From Candidatus Scalindua sp. (GTDB lineage: Bacteria > Planctomycetota > Brocadiia > Brocadiales > Scalinduaceae): a DNA stretch of 32,000 nt. The position numbers and the translations under genes were made by a program. The stretch spans positions 510,001 through 542,000 of the forward strand of contig JALDRA010000001.1 of NCBI GenBank assembly GCA_031316235.1. Direction: 5' to 3'. Under the pieces are notes generated by a model. It was not told where the DNA came from. It did no database searches and saw nothing but the letters and a program-made list of their open reading frames with translations. Below, in pieces: positions 9,583-18,566 of this stretch. How positions within the stretch are numbered: the first letter of the stretch is position 1; each line of letters starts with the position of its first letter.

Positions 9583-10305
9583 TTATTTCCTCCCAAAGAC
9601 ATCTTTCAGAAGCTCAGTAACCCTTGCCTCTGGATCAGTCCTGATCTTCTTTTCCTCCTCACCGATCATAAAAAAAAGCCCGTCCAGGGCCTTTTTCGTA
9701 ACATGATGGTCCAGGTCAAGAGCTTCAAGATTCATAAAAGGCAGTGATGTCAGCTTACTTGTCATATCCTGATAATATCGTGTGACACCGACATCACTCA
9801 TCTGTGATGAAATAATGGGCTTAAAAACCTCATAAAGTTTATCACCTGTTTTTTCCTTGAAATAATCACTCGCTGCGGTATCACTCCCTTTGAGAATACC
9901 CTTTGCATCATCAAATGACATCTCCTTGACGGCATCGATAAAAAAAGATCTGGCTTTCGGAGCAGCCTTTTCCGCCGCACGGTTCATACTGAGGATAAAG
10001 TCGTCAACCTTCTCCTGATACCCAACCTTTCTGAGACCTCCTGCCAGCATTTCCACCTTTTCGGGCAAGGGAATCTTAATCGCCTTGTTTCCAAAAAACC
10101 CATCCACTTCTGAGACAGACGCTACAGCGTTGTTTGCCCCGATTGAAATGAGCTCTTTGAGAGCGGAAACAATTGAATCGATATCAGACGTTTTCTGTGC
10201 CGAACCTCCAAACGTCTTCAAGATTTTATCAAATATACCTCCATAACACGGGTATACGACAAAAATCTGCACAAGCATGATTACCAGAAAAATATTTTTT
10301 TTCAC
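9583..10305 (-). CDS. DUF4197-family secreted protein
   Basis: GTG start with an AGGAGGA RBS and a signal peptide. Family pattern ALKE.L..GA..AV......DGF.GN..IKIPLPE...L...LR..G....VD.F..SMNRAAE.AAP.A...F.DA...MS.DDAK.IL.G.DTAA..YF...T...L...EE..IR.DP.ARVT.LLK.VFG. Confidence 0.85.
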   Translation of the reverse strand: MKKNIFLVIMLVQIFVVYPCYGGIFDKILKTFGGSAQKTSDIDSIVSALKELISIGANNAVASVSEVDGFFGNKAIKIPLPEKVEMLAGGLRKVGYQEKVDDFILSMNRAAEKAAPKARSFFIDAVKEMSFDDAKGILKGSDTAASDYFKEKTGDKLYEVFKPIISSQMSDVGVTRYYQDMTSKLTSLPFMNLEALDLDHHVTKKALDGLFFMIGEEEKKIRTDPEARVTELLKDVFGRK

Positions 10306-10321
10306 CAGGTATCCTCCTAAT

Positions 10322-10380
10322 TTAGTGTGTGAACGAAAACCCTGTGTTCGAACGAAAAGTACCCAGGTACAAGGCGAGTA
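10322..10380. repeat. Family-2-related repeat fragment (gtgtgaacgaaaaccctgtgttcgaacgaaaag...caggtacaaggc)
   Basis: Closely parallels 24997-25054 (gtgcgtgaacgaaaaccccgtgtttgaacc...) and carries the cag.tacaaggc block of 5268-5378 and 6747-6885. Confidence 0.4.
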
Positions 10381-10437
10381 AGGATTAACTCTCCAGATGG
10401 CATACCTGCAAAATCGGTATTATGCAAAAATCCGAAT

Positions 10438-10481
10438 CAGGGTTCAGGAAAAAGCACTAACAGGTTTTTTCCTGAACCCTG
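10438..10481. other. Perfect 16-bp inverted repeat / hairpin (cagggttcaggaaaaa - 12 nt - tttttcctgaaccctg)
   Basis: Read directly; arms at 10438-10453 and 10466-10481. There is no U-tract of terminator quality on either strand. Confidence 0.7.
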
Positions 10482-11146
10482 AGATTCCCGCCACAAGCTA
10501 CACCTCAAGCTTATTGTTTTTACATAACCTGAACGCGTCCATTTTCGCAGGGTTACAACCTGTTCCATCTCTTACTACACAATATAACCTGACAATTATG
10601 ATCTTTTCTCAATGATTTGTAAAGCATGAATTGGTATTATCAAGCATCCACCTTTTTGTCGGTATAGCATAAATTCTGCCAGGAGTACCGGGGATAATTG
10701 TTGAGCATAAATTCATACCGGAATGTTCGGAAGATCTAAATTTTCTGAAACACGAATTTGAAAAAAGTATGAGGCTTTCTCCTTTCGAGTGTTACTGTTT
10801 ACATGAGTGTATCCACATACACAAGTGTTGCTGGCTACACTTTCTTTCAGATTGTAAAAAATCTCTCTTGAAATACGAGAGAAATATCAAATATCTTACC
10901 CGCCCCCTGATACTTTCCATGGCCTGTTTTTCACTTCCACCAGAGCCTTTCTACATCCCTCCCGTCCTGTTTAATCACCTGTCTGCAAACAGTCTCCAAT
11001 TCTTTAACTTACCAATTTTGCAGGATTTAAGCACTATAACAACCTTGACCTTCCACACAGTCCATCAATTTCATAATCCTCAAATACGGTAAACTTTTTT
11101 ATTTGATTCAAAGTGATACTACAATTCAGCACTCAAAGAGATTTCA

Positions 11147-11188
11147 AACCACAAAACATATGCCATCATTGGCATATGTTTTGTGGTT
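11147..11188. other. Perfect 19-bp inverted repeat / hairpin (aaccacaaaacatatgcca tcat tggcatatgttttgtggtt)
   Basis: Read directly; 4-nt loop and no flanking T-run on either strand. It lies inside a 1.17-kb region that lacks any convincing ORF. Confidence 0.75.
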
Positions 11189-11365
11189 GATATAACGTTT
11201 ACAAAATTACGATACGATACCTTACAATAGTACAGGTGTGAAATGTGATTTGACTCATCAAGAGGAGGGCAACTACAATTATCCAGCCTTGAAATTTCCA
11301 AAAGTAATAAAAATAACTACATACTACTCTCAAATTTAACGGTTAAACGAGGGTTTTATATCCAT

Positions 11366-11381
11366 TGTGATACATATCACA
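11366..11381. promoter_or_regulatory. Candidate CRP/FNR-family binding site, perfect TGTGA-N6-TCACA
   Basis: tgtga tacata tcaca, read directly. It is centred about 62-64 nt upstream of the start site expected from the TATAAT at 11425-11430. Confidence 0.45.
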
Positions 11382-11424
11382 TACACGTCACACATGCACG
11401 GTCTGAAAAAAATGCTACTTTTAC

Positions 11425-11430
11425 TATAAT
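11425..11430 (+). promoter_or_regulatory. Consensus -10 hexamer (TATAAT) upstream of 11475-13004, with a poor -35 (TCTGAA)
   Basis: Read directly. The weak -35 is compatible with an activator-dependent promoter. Confidence 0.4.
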
Positions 11431-11474
11431 CTCACGCTTGTTTAAAAGAGTCCTATTTTTGAAAGGGGTTAAAA

Positions 11475-13004
11475 ATGCAAGATGTTATCAATAAAATAGT
11501 TGATCCAATTACGAACATGGTTGGTGGCTATCTCCCCAGCATCGGTGCAGCTCTAGCTATCTTAATTATAGGGTGGCTGGTCGCATTTTTCGCATCTAAG
11601 ATTGTACGCGGAATTTTTCGCCGGACAAAACTAGATGGTAAGCTGGCTGAGTGGCTGGGAGGTAAAGAGAAAGGGAAGAGCATCAATATAGCAAATGGCG
11701 TCTCCAAAGGAGTGTTTTACCTCATAATGATCTTTGTTCTGGTTGCATTCTTTCAGACTCTTGGTATTACGCAAATTACAGAACCACTCAACAAGTTTTT
11801 GAACCAACTGTTTGAGTATGCCCCTAAAATTTTAGGTGCAGGCGGATTATTACTGTTTGCATGGATTGTCGCTACTGTTCTTCGATCGATTGTTTCGAAA
11901 CTTCTCGGTGCTACAAATATTGATGAGCACTTTGGAGGGAGAGCCGGACTTGAGGAAAAGAAGGCTATTCCTCTTACAAAGTCTCTTTCTGATGCAGTGT
12001 ATTGGCTGGTTTTTCTTTTTTTTCTTCCCGCCATTTTAAGTTCGCTTGAACTTGTAGGGATTCTTGAGCCTGTTCAAGGAATGGTGGATAAGATTCTCGG
12101 ATTTTTACCTAATATATTATCAGCGTCTATCATCTTTGTGGTTGGCTGGTTTGTTGCACGTATTATACAGAAAGTTGTAACCAATTTGCTTATTGCTATT
12201 GGTACGGATAAACTTCCTGAGAAGGTGGGAGTAACTAATATACTTGGAAAACAGGGATTATCCGGGACAATAGGTATGATACTCTATATATTCATATTAA
12301 TACCGGTTTTAGTAGCCGCCTTGAATGCCCTGAAGATTGAGGCCGTTGCGCGACCTGCCAGCGATATGTTGAACTCAATCCTTTTAGCACTTCCCAATAT
12401 CTTCGCAGCCGGCATGGTACTGGCAATCAGCTATATGGTAGGACGTTTGGTAGCAAGTTTGATTACCAATCTGCTCTCTGGAATCGGCTTCAACTCTCTG
12501 TTTGTCTGGCTTGGCTTAAGATCGGAACCTACAGAAGGTGGAAAATCTCCATCATTCATGGCTGGGTATCTGGTCCTTGCCGTTATAATGTTTTTTGCGG
12601 TCATTGAAGCTACAGGCCTGCTTGGGTTTAATGAATTATCCGTTCTGATATCACAGCTCACGGTTTTTGTCAGTCATATCACCTTTGGTATTGTTATATT
12701 TGCTATTGGACTCTTTTTATCAAATTTTATATCGAAGACAGTAAAAGAAACAGGTGTTGTTCATGCTGAATTGCTGGCCCTGGTTGCAAGAATAGGAACT
12801 ATTGTTTTGGTTAGTGCCATAGCATTAAGGCAAATGGGACTGGCAAACGAGATCATCATTTTAGCATTTGGTCTAATCCTTGGTGCGCTGGCAATCGCAG
12901 TTGCTATCGCTCTTGGTATCGGAGGTCGTGAGATAGCCGCACGAGAATTAGAAGGGTGGATCGACTCTGTTAAGACGAAAAAAAGTCGACCAGACGTCAC
13001 GTAA
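11475..13004 (+). CDS. Polytopic membrane protein built from about five 'conserved TM helix' repeats (the repeat found at the N-terminus of MscS-like channels); no MscS beta-domain visible
   Basis: 509 aa. Repeated units are LPSIGAALAILIIGWLVAFFASKIV, APKILGAGGLLLFAWIVATVLRSIV, LPNILSASIIFVVGWFVARIIQKVV, LPNIFAAGMVLAISYMVGRLVASLI and SHITFGIVIFAIGLFLSNFISKTV. Confidence 0.65.
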   Translation: MQDVINKIVDPITNMVGGYLPSIGAALAILIIGWLVAFFASKIVRGIFRRTKLDGKLAEWLGGKEKGKSINIANGVSKGVFYLIMIFVLVAFFQTLGITQITEPLNKFLNQLFEYAPKILGAGGLLLFAWIVATVLRSIVSKLLGATNIDEHFGGRAGLEEKKAIPLTKSLSDAVYWLVFLFFLPAILSSLELVGILEPVQGMVDKILGFLPNILSASIIFVVGWFVARIIQKVVTNLLIAIGTDKLPEKVGVTNILGKQGLSGTIGMILYIFILIPVLVAALNALKIEAVARPASDMLNSILLALPNIFAAGMVLAISYMVGRLVASLITNLLSGIGFNSLFVWLGLRSEPTEGGKSPSFMAGYLVLAVIMFFAVIEATGLLGFNELSVLISQLTVFVSHITFGIVIFAIGLFLSNFISKTVKETGVVHAELLALVARIGTIVLVSAIALRQMGLANEIIILAFGLILGALAIAVAIALGIGGREIAARELEGWIDSVKTKKSRPDVT

Positions 13005-13130
13005 GGAAAAAAGAGATGCAGCATAAGACCGTTTAATAAAATGCGAAACAGGTTAAACACTGAAAACCTGCTCATTATTTTAAGGTTATGGAAAGGATTA
13101 AGGCGGAGAATGCTGTGAACGAAAAAGATG

Positions 13131-13242
13131 TATACTCATTTCATAATGGTTTTCGGATAAAATCTGAGAAAAAACGGAGCGAGTATACCTTCACCAAGAT
13201 TTGGTTTTCAGAAAAACCGAAAACCAAATCGGTTTTAGCATA
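13131..13242 (+). repeat. Family-1 MITE-like repeat, copy 2 (112 bp, short form, diverged)
   Basis: Aligns end to end with 22089-22200 (tatactcatttcataatggttttcggataaaatc...accaagatttggtttt...aaaaccaaatcggttttagcata). It is preceded by a family-2 motif, gctgtgaacgaaaaag (13111-13126). Confidence 0.8.
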
Positions 13243-13473
13243 TCAGGCACAGAATCCGGGGACGATGGTACCCTCCCTTTCTGTGAGTAAGAGGCAGAGA
13301 TTGTGTTTTCGGTATCTTTTTAACCTGGAAAACCTTGTATGACCAATTATTTTATTTTTCAACATTTTTTATTGCTTTTCCTGTTCATTTCTGCTTTATT
13401 ACTCTTTATATAAATAAATACGTAAGTTTAATAAATTTAGCAGGCTTTACAACTTATTTAAATGGAGGTAAAT

Positions 13474-15066
13474 ATGGTTCGTTGGAAAAATATGAGTACC
13501 GTTTTTGTTTTATTTCTGGCTGCAGTAATTGGAATGTATGGCTGCGCTTCTCAGCAGCGTCAGGTTGTGGTAGAGGAAGAAAGTGTTGAGGCAACCTCTC
13601 CTGACTATACAACACCTGATACCGGTATGGACACTGCAAGGGCTGTTGGTGTCGGCATGGCATCACAGTCCGGAGCATTCCCAACCGGGGATAGAGCCAC
13701 AAGTGTTGTTTTTATAGAGAAGAGTTTACCTTCTCAAACACGAGTTGGACATACATTTGACTTTGTAACCAGGGTAACCAACCTCACCGATGCGATTGTA
13801 AAAGATGTTGTGGTATACGCTGTTCTTCCGGGGAATTTTGATGTAGCAAGCTCTGATCCCGGTATCCAGGGAGACCCTACAAGTGACAAGGTGCACTGGA
13901 ATATTGGAGATCTAGGGGCTCGAGAAACGAAAACAATCACCGTACAAGGTGCACCAACAAATACCGGGGATCTGGAATTCTGCTGTACCGAGGTCACCTA
14001 TGATTACGATCCGTCGCTCTGTATGACAACTGCTGTTGTGCAGCCGGAATTGAAAATCACCAAGGAAGCACCATCTGAGGTCATGATCTGCGATACAATC
14101 CCTTACAGGATTGTTGTGAGCAACACAGGAACAGGTGACGCAGAAAATGTACAGATTAATGATCCTCTCCCCTCAGGTCTGAGTACAATGAGCGGTGAGA
14201 GTACGGTAATGCGTGATGTCGGAACTCTGCATGCAGGAGAGTCGAGAGAGATCATAGTAGATGTGAAGGCTGACAGAGCCGGCACGTTTGACAACGCCGC
14301 ATCAGCTGTCGCTTCAGGCGACCTGAGCGCTAATTCAAACTCAACAAGCACCCTTGTTACACAACCGATGCTTGCCATTACAAAGACCGGACCGGAAAAA
14401 AGGTACATAGGCCGTACTTTTACCTATAACATAAAAGTAACCAACGAGGGTAACGGTCCTGCAGTAAACACAAGCCTGGAAGACTGCACACCGCTCAATA
14501 CAACGATGGTAAGCGTAAGCGACGGAGGTACTGCAACCGGGAAAGGTGCATTGTGGAATCTGGGAACGCTGCAACCTCAGGAATCCAGAGAGGTGAGTGT
14601 TACCGTCCGCGCAGAGAGTAAGGGAGAAGCGAAAAACTGTGCTGTAGCCAGTGCCGAGTGTGCCGATGCAGTGACTGATTGCTCCACAACAATGATAACT
14701 GGAATTTCTGCTATCCTCCTTGAAGTTATCGATGTTGCAGATCCAATTGAGATCGGCGGAATCGAGACGTACGAGATTGCCGTAACTAACCAGGGTTCAG
14801 CTACTGATACAAACATCATAATTATCTGTGCACTGGAGGAAGGCACCATGGAATATGTCTCTTCCGATGGTCCAACGGCCGGAACTGTGGCAGGCAATAC
14901 CGTCACATTTACACCTCTGGCTTCACTTGCCCCCAAACAGAAAGTAATCTGGAGGGTAAATGTCAGGGCTGTCGGTGAAGGTGATGTAAGATTTGGTGTC
15001 ACTATGGACACCGATCAGCTGGATCGAAACGTAAAAGAAACAGAGTCTACTAACTTCTACCAATAG
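13474..15066 (+). CDS. DUF11 ('conserved repeat domain') surface lipoprotein with several tandem Ig-like repeats
   Basis: GGAGG sits 5 nt before the ATG at 13474; the track start at 13462 lies inside the RBS. Lipobox FLAAVIGMYGCAS. Repeated DUF11 signature, e.g. LKITKEAPSEVMICDTIPYRIVVSNTGTGDAENVQINDPLPSGL and LAITKTGPEKRYIGRTFTYNIKVTNEGNGPAVN. Confidence 0.85.
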   Translation: MVRWKNMSTVFVLFLAAVIGMYGCASQQRQVVVEEESVEATSPDYTTPDTGMDTARAVGVGMASQSGAFPTGDRATSVVFIEKSLPSQTRVGHTFDFVTRVTNLTDAIVKDVVVYAVLPGNFDVASSDPGIQGDPTSDKVHWNIGDLGARETKTITVQGAPTNTGDLEFCCTEVTYDYDPSLCMTTAVVQPELKITKEAPSEVMICDTIPYRIVVSNTGTGDAENVQINDPLPSGLSTMSGESTVMRDVGTLHAGESREIIVDVKADRAGTFDNAASAVASGDLSANSNSTSTLVTQPMLAITKTGPEKRYIGRTFTYNIKVTNEGNGPAVNTSLEDCTPLNTTMVSVSDGGTATGKGALWNLGTLQPQESREVSVTVRAESKGEAKNCAVASAECADAVTDCSTTMITGISAILLEVIDVADPIEIGGIETYEIAVTNQGSATDTNIIIICALEEGTMEYVSSDGPTAGTVAGNTVTFTPLASLAPKQKVIWRVNVRAVGEGDVRFGVTMDTDQLDRNVKETESTNFYQ

Positions 15067-15135
15067 AGTTAAGACGACAGTGACTCGATGAGTCTACTGC
15101 ATTTAAAACTGTATGAAGTGGTAAGAGAATCGTTT

Positions 15136-15160
15136 GGGCGTATCCTTTTCGGATACGCCC
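15136..15160. terminator. GC-rich hairpin between convergent genes (gggcgtatcc ttttc ggatacgccc)
   Basis: 10-bp perfect stem, 70 nt after the DUF11 stop and 250 nt after the thiD stop. There is no clean U-tract on either strand, so the terminator role is tentative. Confidence 0.35.
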
Positions 15161-15407
15161 GGGCGGTAGTAACCATACCGATAAACATCTCCGCTTTCTA
15201 CCTGAAAAGCATCCCTATGCCGGCAATCCGGATAAATATCAGAAACCAGACGACAGGAATGGCCATATGACCGGAATCCCTGCGGACAAACTGAAACTGC
15301 CCCTTTGCAATAAGGTGTGCTGACTTCGTAACCGGAACTGACTCCATATTGTCCTGCTTGAGGATAAAGGAATTCTTATTGCAACGAAGTTGTGAGTAGT
15401 CTTCTTT

Positions 15408-16208
15408 TCAGCCACTCATCAATTTATACCCATGCCCGAGTTGCAAAGACTCTCTAATAACCCTGGTTACGAAATTCTTAGCCGACATGATAGATCTTCG
15501 AAGCTCACAACCTCTGGCCAATTCAGCAGCTATTGCGGCAGAGTAAACACACCCTGTTCCATGCACATTTTCTGTCTCTATACGCTTTACGGTAAAACTC
15601 TCAAAGGAGTCCCCGTCATACCAGAGATCAACAATCTCCGATTCCGGTACCCTCCCCCCGTCGCTTGGAGATTGAACTTCATGCCCTCCCTTGATGAGTA
15701 CATTTCTGGCTCCCAGTTCGAATATTGATTTAGCAGCGTATTTCACATCTGAAAAATTCCTGATCTTCCTTTCCGTTAAAATTTCTGCCTCAGGGATATT
15801 CGGCATGATTAAATACGCGTCGGGTATCAATTTCAGACGAAGCTTTCTCATGCCCTCTTTGGACAAAAGAGGTGACCCCTTGTGTGATTCCAGAATCGGA
15901 TCGATAACCAGCTTCTTAAGATTGTGTCTCCTGATTCTATCAGATACAACCTCAACAATCTCTTCGTTGGCAAGCATCCCTGTCTTTAAAGAGTCCACCC
16001 CTATGTCTGAAACAACCATATCAATCTGCTCACCCACAAATGAAGCAGGTATTTCAAAAATAGCGCTTACCCCCATCGTATTCTGTGCAGTAACCGCCGT
16101 AACAGCACACATGCCATACACTCCGAATGCATTGATGGTCCGCAGATCCGCCTGCACACCAGCGCCACCGCATGAATCAGAGCCTGCAATAGTCAATACC
16201 TTATACAT
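15408..16208 (-). CDS. thiD: Hydroxymethylpyrimidine/phosphomethylpyrimidine kinase
   Basis: [44 protein letters not shown]... is a classic ThiD N-terminus, with the C-terminal VHGTGC motif. I prefer the ATG at 16208 (GGAG 8 nt upstream) to the track start at 16229. Confidence 0.93.
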   Translation of the reverse strand: MYKVLTIAGSDSCGGAGVQADLRTINAFGVYGMCAVTAVTAQNTMGVSAIFEIPASFVGEQIDMVVSDIGVDSLKTGMLANEEIVEVVSDRIRRHNLKKLVIDPILESHKGSPLLSKEGMRKLRLKLIPDAYLIMPNIPEAEILTERKIRNFSDVKYAAKSIFELGARNVLIKGGHEVQSPSDGGRVPESEIVDLWYDGDSFESFTVKRIETENVHGTGCVYSAAIAAELARGCELRRSIMSAKNFVTRVIRESLQLGHGYKLMSG

Positions 16209-16426
16209 GATTTTTCTCCGATAGAGCAAAAAAACTCGACAGGTAATCCTTTTCCCCGCTTTGCAAAAACTCTCAGCATGGATCGATCAGGATTAAGGGC
16301 GGCTCTGAAGAAGCTTTCCAGCTCATCCAGTATTACCCATACCCCTTGTTGCCTGTATCAAAAAGCTGTTTCCTTTCATCCATTAAATCATTTTAGCGAG
16401 GCAGTATTTCAATATCAAAAGATTTC

Positions 16427-17890
16427 CTGAAGGGTGCATTCCCAATTTATTGTAAAATTTATTTAACAATTCGAAGACTTCTCTTAAATTTTTTATTTTT
16501 AATTCTTTCCTGGTCGTCCCTTTTGTATTTTTCGATAACTTTATCGTAAGTACCGTTATATTTCGCGCATCTGATCTTGAGTATGTTATTAGCGTTTTGG
16601 ATATACCACCAAGCTCCTGATCGTTTAAGCCTTGTATGGCTAATGAATTTATTGGCGCTTTCAATAGCACCGCTGCCAATGTGATATCCTCCACGCTTGG
16701 CGGAACTGTAATCCATCTTTTCACAATGATTTGTGAGATAGGTATAAAACTTGTCAATTTTATCTTGAATATCTTGAGTTCGGGCTTTCATCTTTCCAAG
16801 ACCGCCAAGCACCTCTTCATGGTAACCATAATATATTCTTGTCAGAGTCGCCTCACACCACTGTAGAGACTCTCTTGTCTCTTTTCCGTAATGGGCATTG
16901 GCTACACCATGGACATACTCCGAGCAATGGTAATAGTCGAGAATCTCTTTTGCCGAGGGAAATATTTCTTTACATCGGTTCCAGATCCAGGGAGCACCGT
17001 CTCCTATAATTCCCAGGCGTATCTTCTCGTGGGGAATAAGCCCGGCTTCTTTGATCTTAACCAAGTATTCTGCTAATTCGTGATCTGCACAAACCTGGTG
17101 CCAGCTAATTAAATGAATAATAGTTTGACCATCGATGAGATACAGTCTAAAACCTTTAATCTCTTTGTATTCTCCCTTGCCTCTTTTCCCTTTACGGGGG
17201 TGAGGACTTGGCTCGGGACGCATCGGCCCGTGGGCTCCATCCAGGGCAAGCATCATAATGGGACGACGAAACTTATCCACTGAGAGGTTTTCTATCTGCT
17301 TATCAATCTCTTCCCTGGGCGGGCAGACATCCAAAATTCCCACTTCTTGACCAATGGCATTCGTGGTCTCATGCATATGATGTTCACTCAGCTTTACTCC
17401 GGTTATTCTCTCGTAGGTTTCGCTGGCCGTCTCATAGGCCGTTTCGCTTGACAACCAGGCTTCCACATCTTGCACATCATATTGCTTCGATGATTCAGAC
17501 AATCCAAGGGCTTCGTCTAAAGGATAGTATCCTAAACGACACGCTCTGCAATAAAAATAAGGCCTGGTTAATTCAAATTGTCCGGCAAGGGTTTGGATAG
17601 TCTTGGATTGTTTTCCTTGTCTTTGCATACCCTTGCCGCATTCGGGGCAATCGCAGCTTTGCTGATTCAATAAATGTCCAAATTTCCTCTCTATGAACCC
17701 AAGAATCAGTTGTCCTAATATCTCCGCTCTCTCTTCGAAAACAGCTTTTGAGATTTCTCCTAAATCTTCCATTGAGTACTCTTCCTCAATCTTATCCAAT
17801 CGGGTGTCTAAAAAACCATAAAATAAAGCTCTCCAGTTATCGGATGACTCTATCTTTCTTTTCACCACACAAGTCAAAAATACCCCCTTT
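16427..17890 (-). mobile_element. Insertion sequence, about 1.46 kb, ISKra4-like, flanked by an 11-bp direct repeat CAAAAGA(T/C)TTC
   Basis: A single transposase ORF fills the element. The imperfect terminal inverted repeats are ctGAAGGGTGCATT (16427-) and AATACCCCCTTT (-17890). The flanking repeats are 16416-16426 caaaagatttc and 17891-17901 caaaagacttc. Boundaries are good to about +/-3 nt. Confidence 0.6.
16459..17877 (-). CDS. DDE transposase, ISKra4-like family
   Basis: 472 aa. Zn-ribbon-like CDCPECG...YFYCRACRLG. Candidate DDE residues in LALDGAHG, IIGDGAPWIWN and ILDYYHCSEYV. C-terminal GSGAIESANKF...RLKRSGAWW. The track start is a TTG; an internal ATG (MEDLGE) is an alternative. Family name is from memory. 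Confidence 0.8.
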   Translation of the reverse strand: MTCVVKRKIESSDNWRALFYGFLDTRLDKIEEEYSMEDLGEISKAVFEERAEILGQLILGFIERKFGHLLNQQSCDCPECGKGMQRQGKQSKTIQTLAGQFELTRPYFYCRACRLGYYPLDEALGLSESSKQYDVQDVEAWLSSETAYETASETYERITGVKLSEHHMHETTNAIGQEVGILDVCPPREEIDKQIENLSVDKFRRPIMMLALDGAHGPMRPEPSPHPRKGKRGKGEYKEIKGFRLYLIDGQTIIHLISWHQVCADHELAEYLVKIKEAGLIPHEKIRLGIIGDGAPWIWNRCKEIFPSAKEILDYYHCSEYVHGVANAHYGKETRESLQWCEATLTRIYYGYHEEVLGGLGKMKARTQDIQDKIDKFYTYLTNHCEKMDYSSAKRGGYHIGSGAIESANKFISHTRLKRSGAWWYIQNANNILKIRCAKYNGTYDKVIEKYKRDDQERIKNKKFKRSLRIVK

Positions 17891-17900
17891 CAAAAGACTT

Positions 17901-18566
17901 CTATCGCTCCCTGAATACATCTATGGCGAATAGTAACGCCTGACGTTCTAATACAGGCATGGATTTAAGTTTCGCTGTCCACCTTTTGGTCTTCCTCTTT
18001 ATCCGTTCCCGCTCACGAAAGTTATTGCCAAGATAACGATAGTCGTGCAGTCCTACCGGAACACTATAGTTCATCCATAACCACTCCGTTGCTACGCCAT
18101 GATGACAGACGGCCTGAAAAGAATGTGTCTGCCAGCTACGCAATGATTCTTTGTATAAGGTTGACTCGTAACCGGATATCATCACCATGCAGGGAAGAGT
18201 TTTCAAAACTTCCAAAAGTTCGATGTGCTGCGCACGGCTATAGTCATATTTATATAGCCGTCCATACTTTTTCCTTGTCTCGCGAAGATATGGTGGGTCA
18301 CAATATACCAGTTCTTTTCCTGTGAAATGATAATTATTCAGATAATTAATTGCGTCATCATGGACCAGTTCAAAACCTATTGGATGCATATTTGTCCACA
18401 TCTCAACAACTTCCGAGTCAATTTCTATCCCAAAATTACTCCTGGCAGGTCGTTTGTTCCGTATAACAGCGCCACCACCCAAATGAGTCTCTATGTAGAC
18501 ATCATGGGGTGGCATAAGATTGATTAACTTTTGGAATACACCTCCTTTGCCGCCTGGATAATTCAT
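17901..18566 (-). CDS. D12-class N6-adenine DNA methyltransferase (Dam-like), solitary
   Basis: N-terminal YPGGKG motif, a SAM-binding ETHLGGGAV-type segment and the catalytic DPPY (VYCDPPYLRE). No restriction endonuclease candidate is adjacent. Confidence 0.85.
   Translation of the reverse strand: MNYPGGKGGVFQKLINLMPPHDVYIETHLGGGAVIRNKRPARSNFGIEIDSEVVEMWTNMHPIGFELVHDDAINYLNNYHFTGKELVYCDPPYLRETRKKYGRLYKYDYSRAQHIELLEVLKTLPCMVMISGYESTLYKESLRSWQTHSFQAVCHHGVATEWLWMNYSVPVGLHDYRYLGNNFRERERIKRKTKRWTAKLKSMPVLERQALLFAIDVFRER

Noticed and set aside
10769-11092. 107-aa ORF (and 10397-10615, 72 aa) in the long intergenic region
   Set aside because: Low-complexity Leu/Phe/His/Cys/Pro composition, no RBS and no recognisable motif. 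I treat the region as non-coding (see finding).
15161-15405. 82-codon minus-strand open frame with Cys-rich, protein-like sequence (…YGVSSGYEVSTPYCKGAVSVCPQGFRSYGHSCRLVSDIYPDCRHRDAFQVESGDVYRYGYYRPGVSEKDTPKRFSYHFIQF*) between thiD and the DUF11 gene
   Set aside because: The frame has no ATG, GTG or TTG near its 5' end, and the GC hairpin at 15136-15160 lies inside it. It may be a gene remnant, but I cannot support a CDS call. BLASTX could reveal a decayed homolog.
15691-16224. 177-aa plus-strand ORF; the same class includes 15432-15728, 21334-21816, 21561-21881, 14577-15011, 14103-14408, 7640-7960, 12761-13075 and 27992-28405
   Set aside because: Each lies entirely antisense to or out of frame within a gene with strong family signatures (thiD, argJ, DUF11, M48, TM-repeat protein, ZnuA-like). 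They have skewed Ser/Pro/Cys/Arg composition and no RBS, so they are typical shadow ORFs.
16209-16426. Possible TPP riboswitch (THI-box) in the thiD leader
   Set aside because: The minus strand contains THI-box-like words (GGGGTAT, CCCTTAATCCTGATC, GCTGAGAG, AGCGGGGAA). However, CTGAGA comes after, not before, the CCTGATC element, and the conserved P5 hairpin (YGG.UAAU.CCRGCG) is missing. As read, it does not fit the consensus I remember. An Rfam RF00059 scan would settle it.
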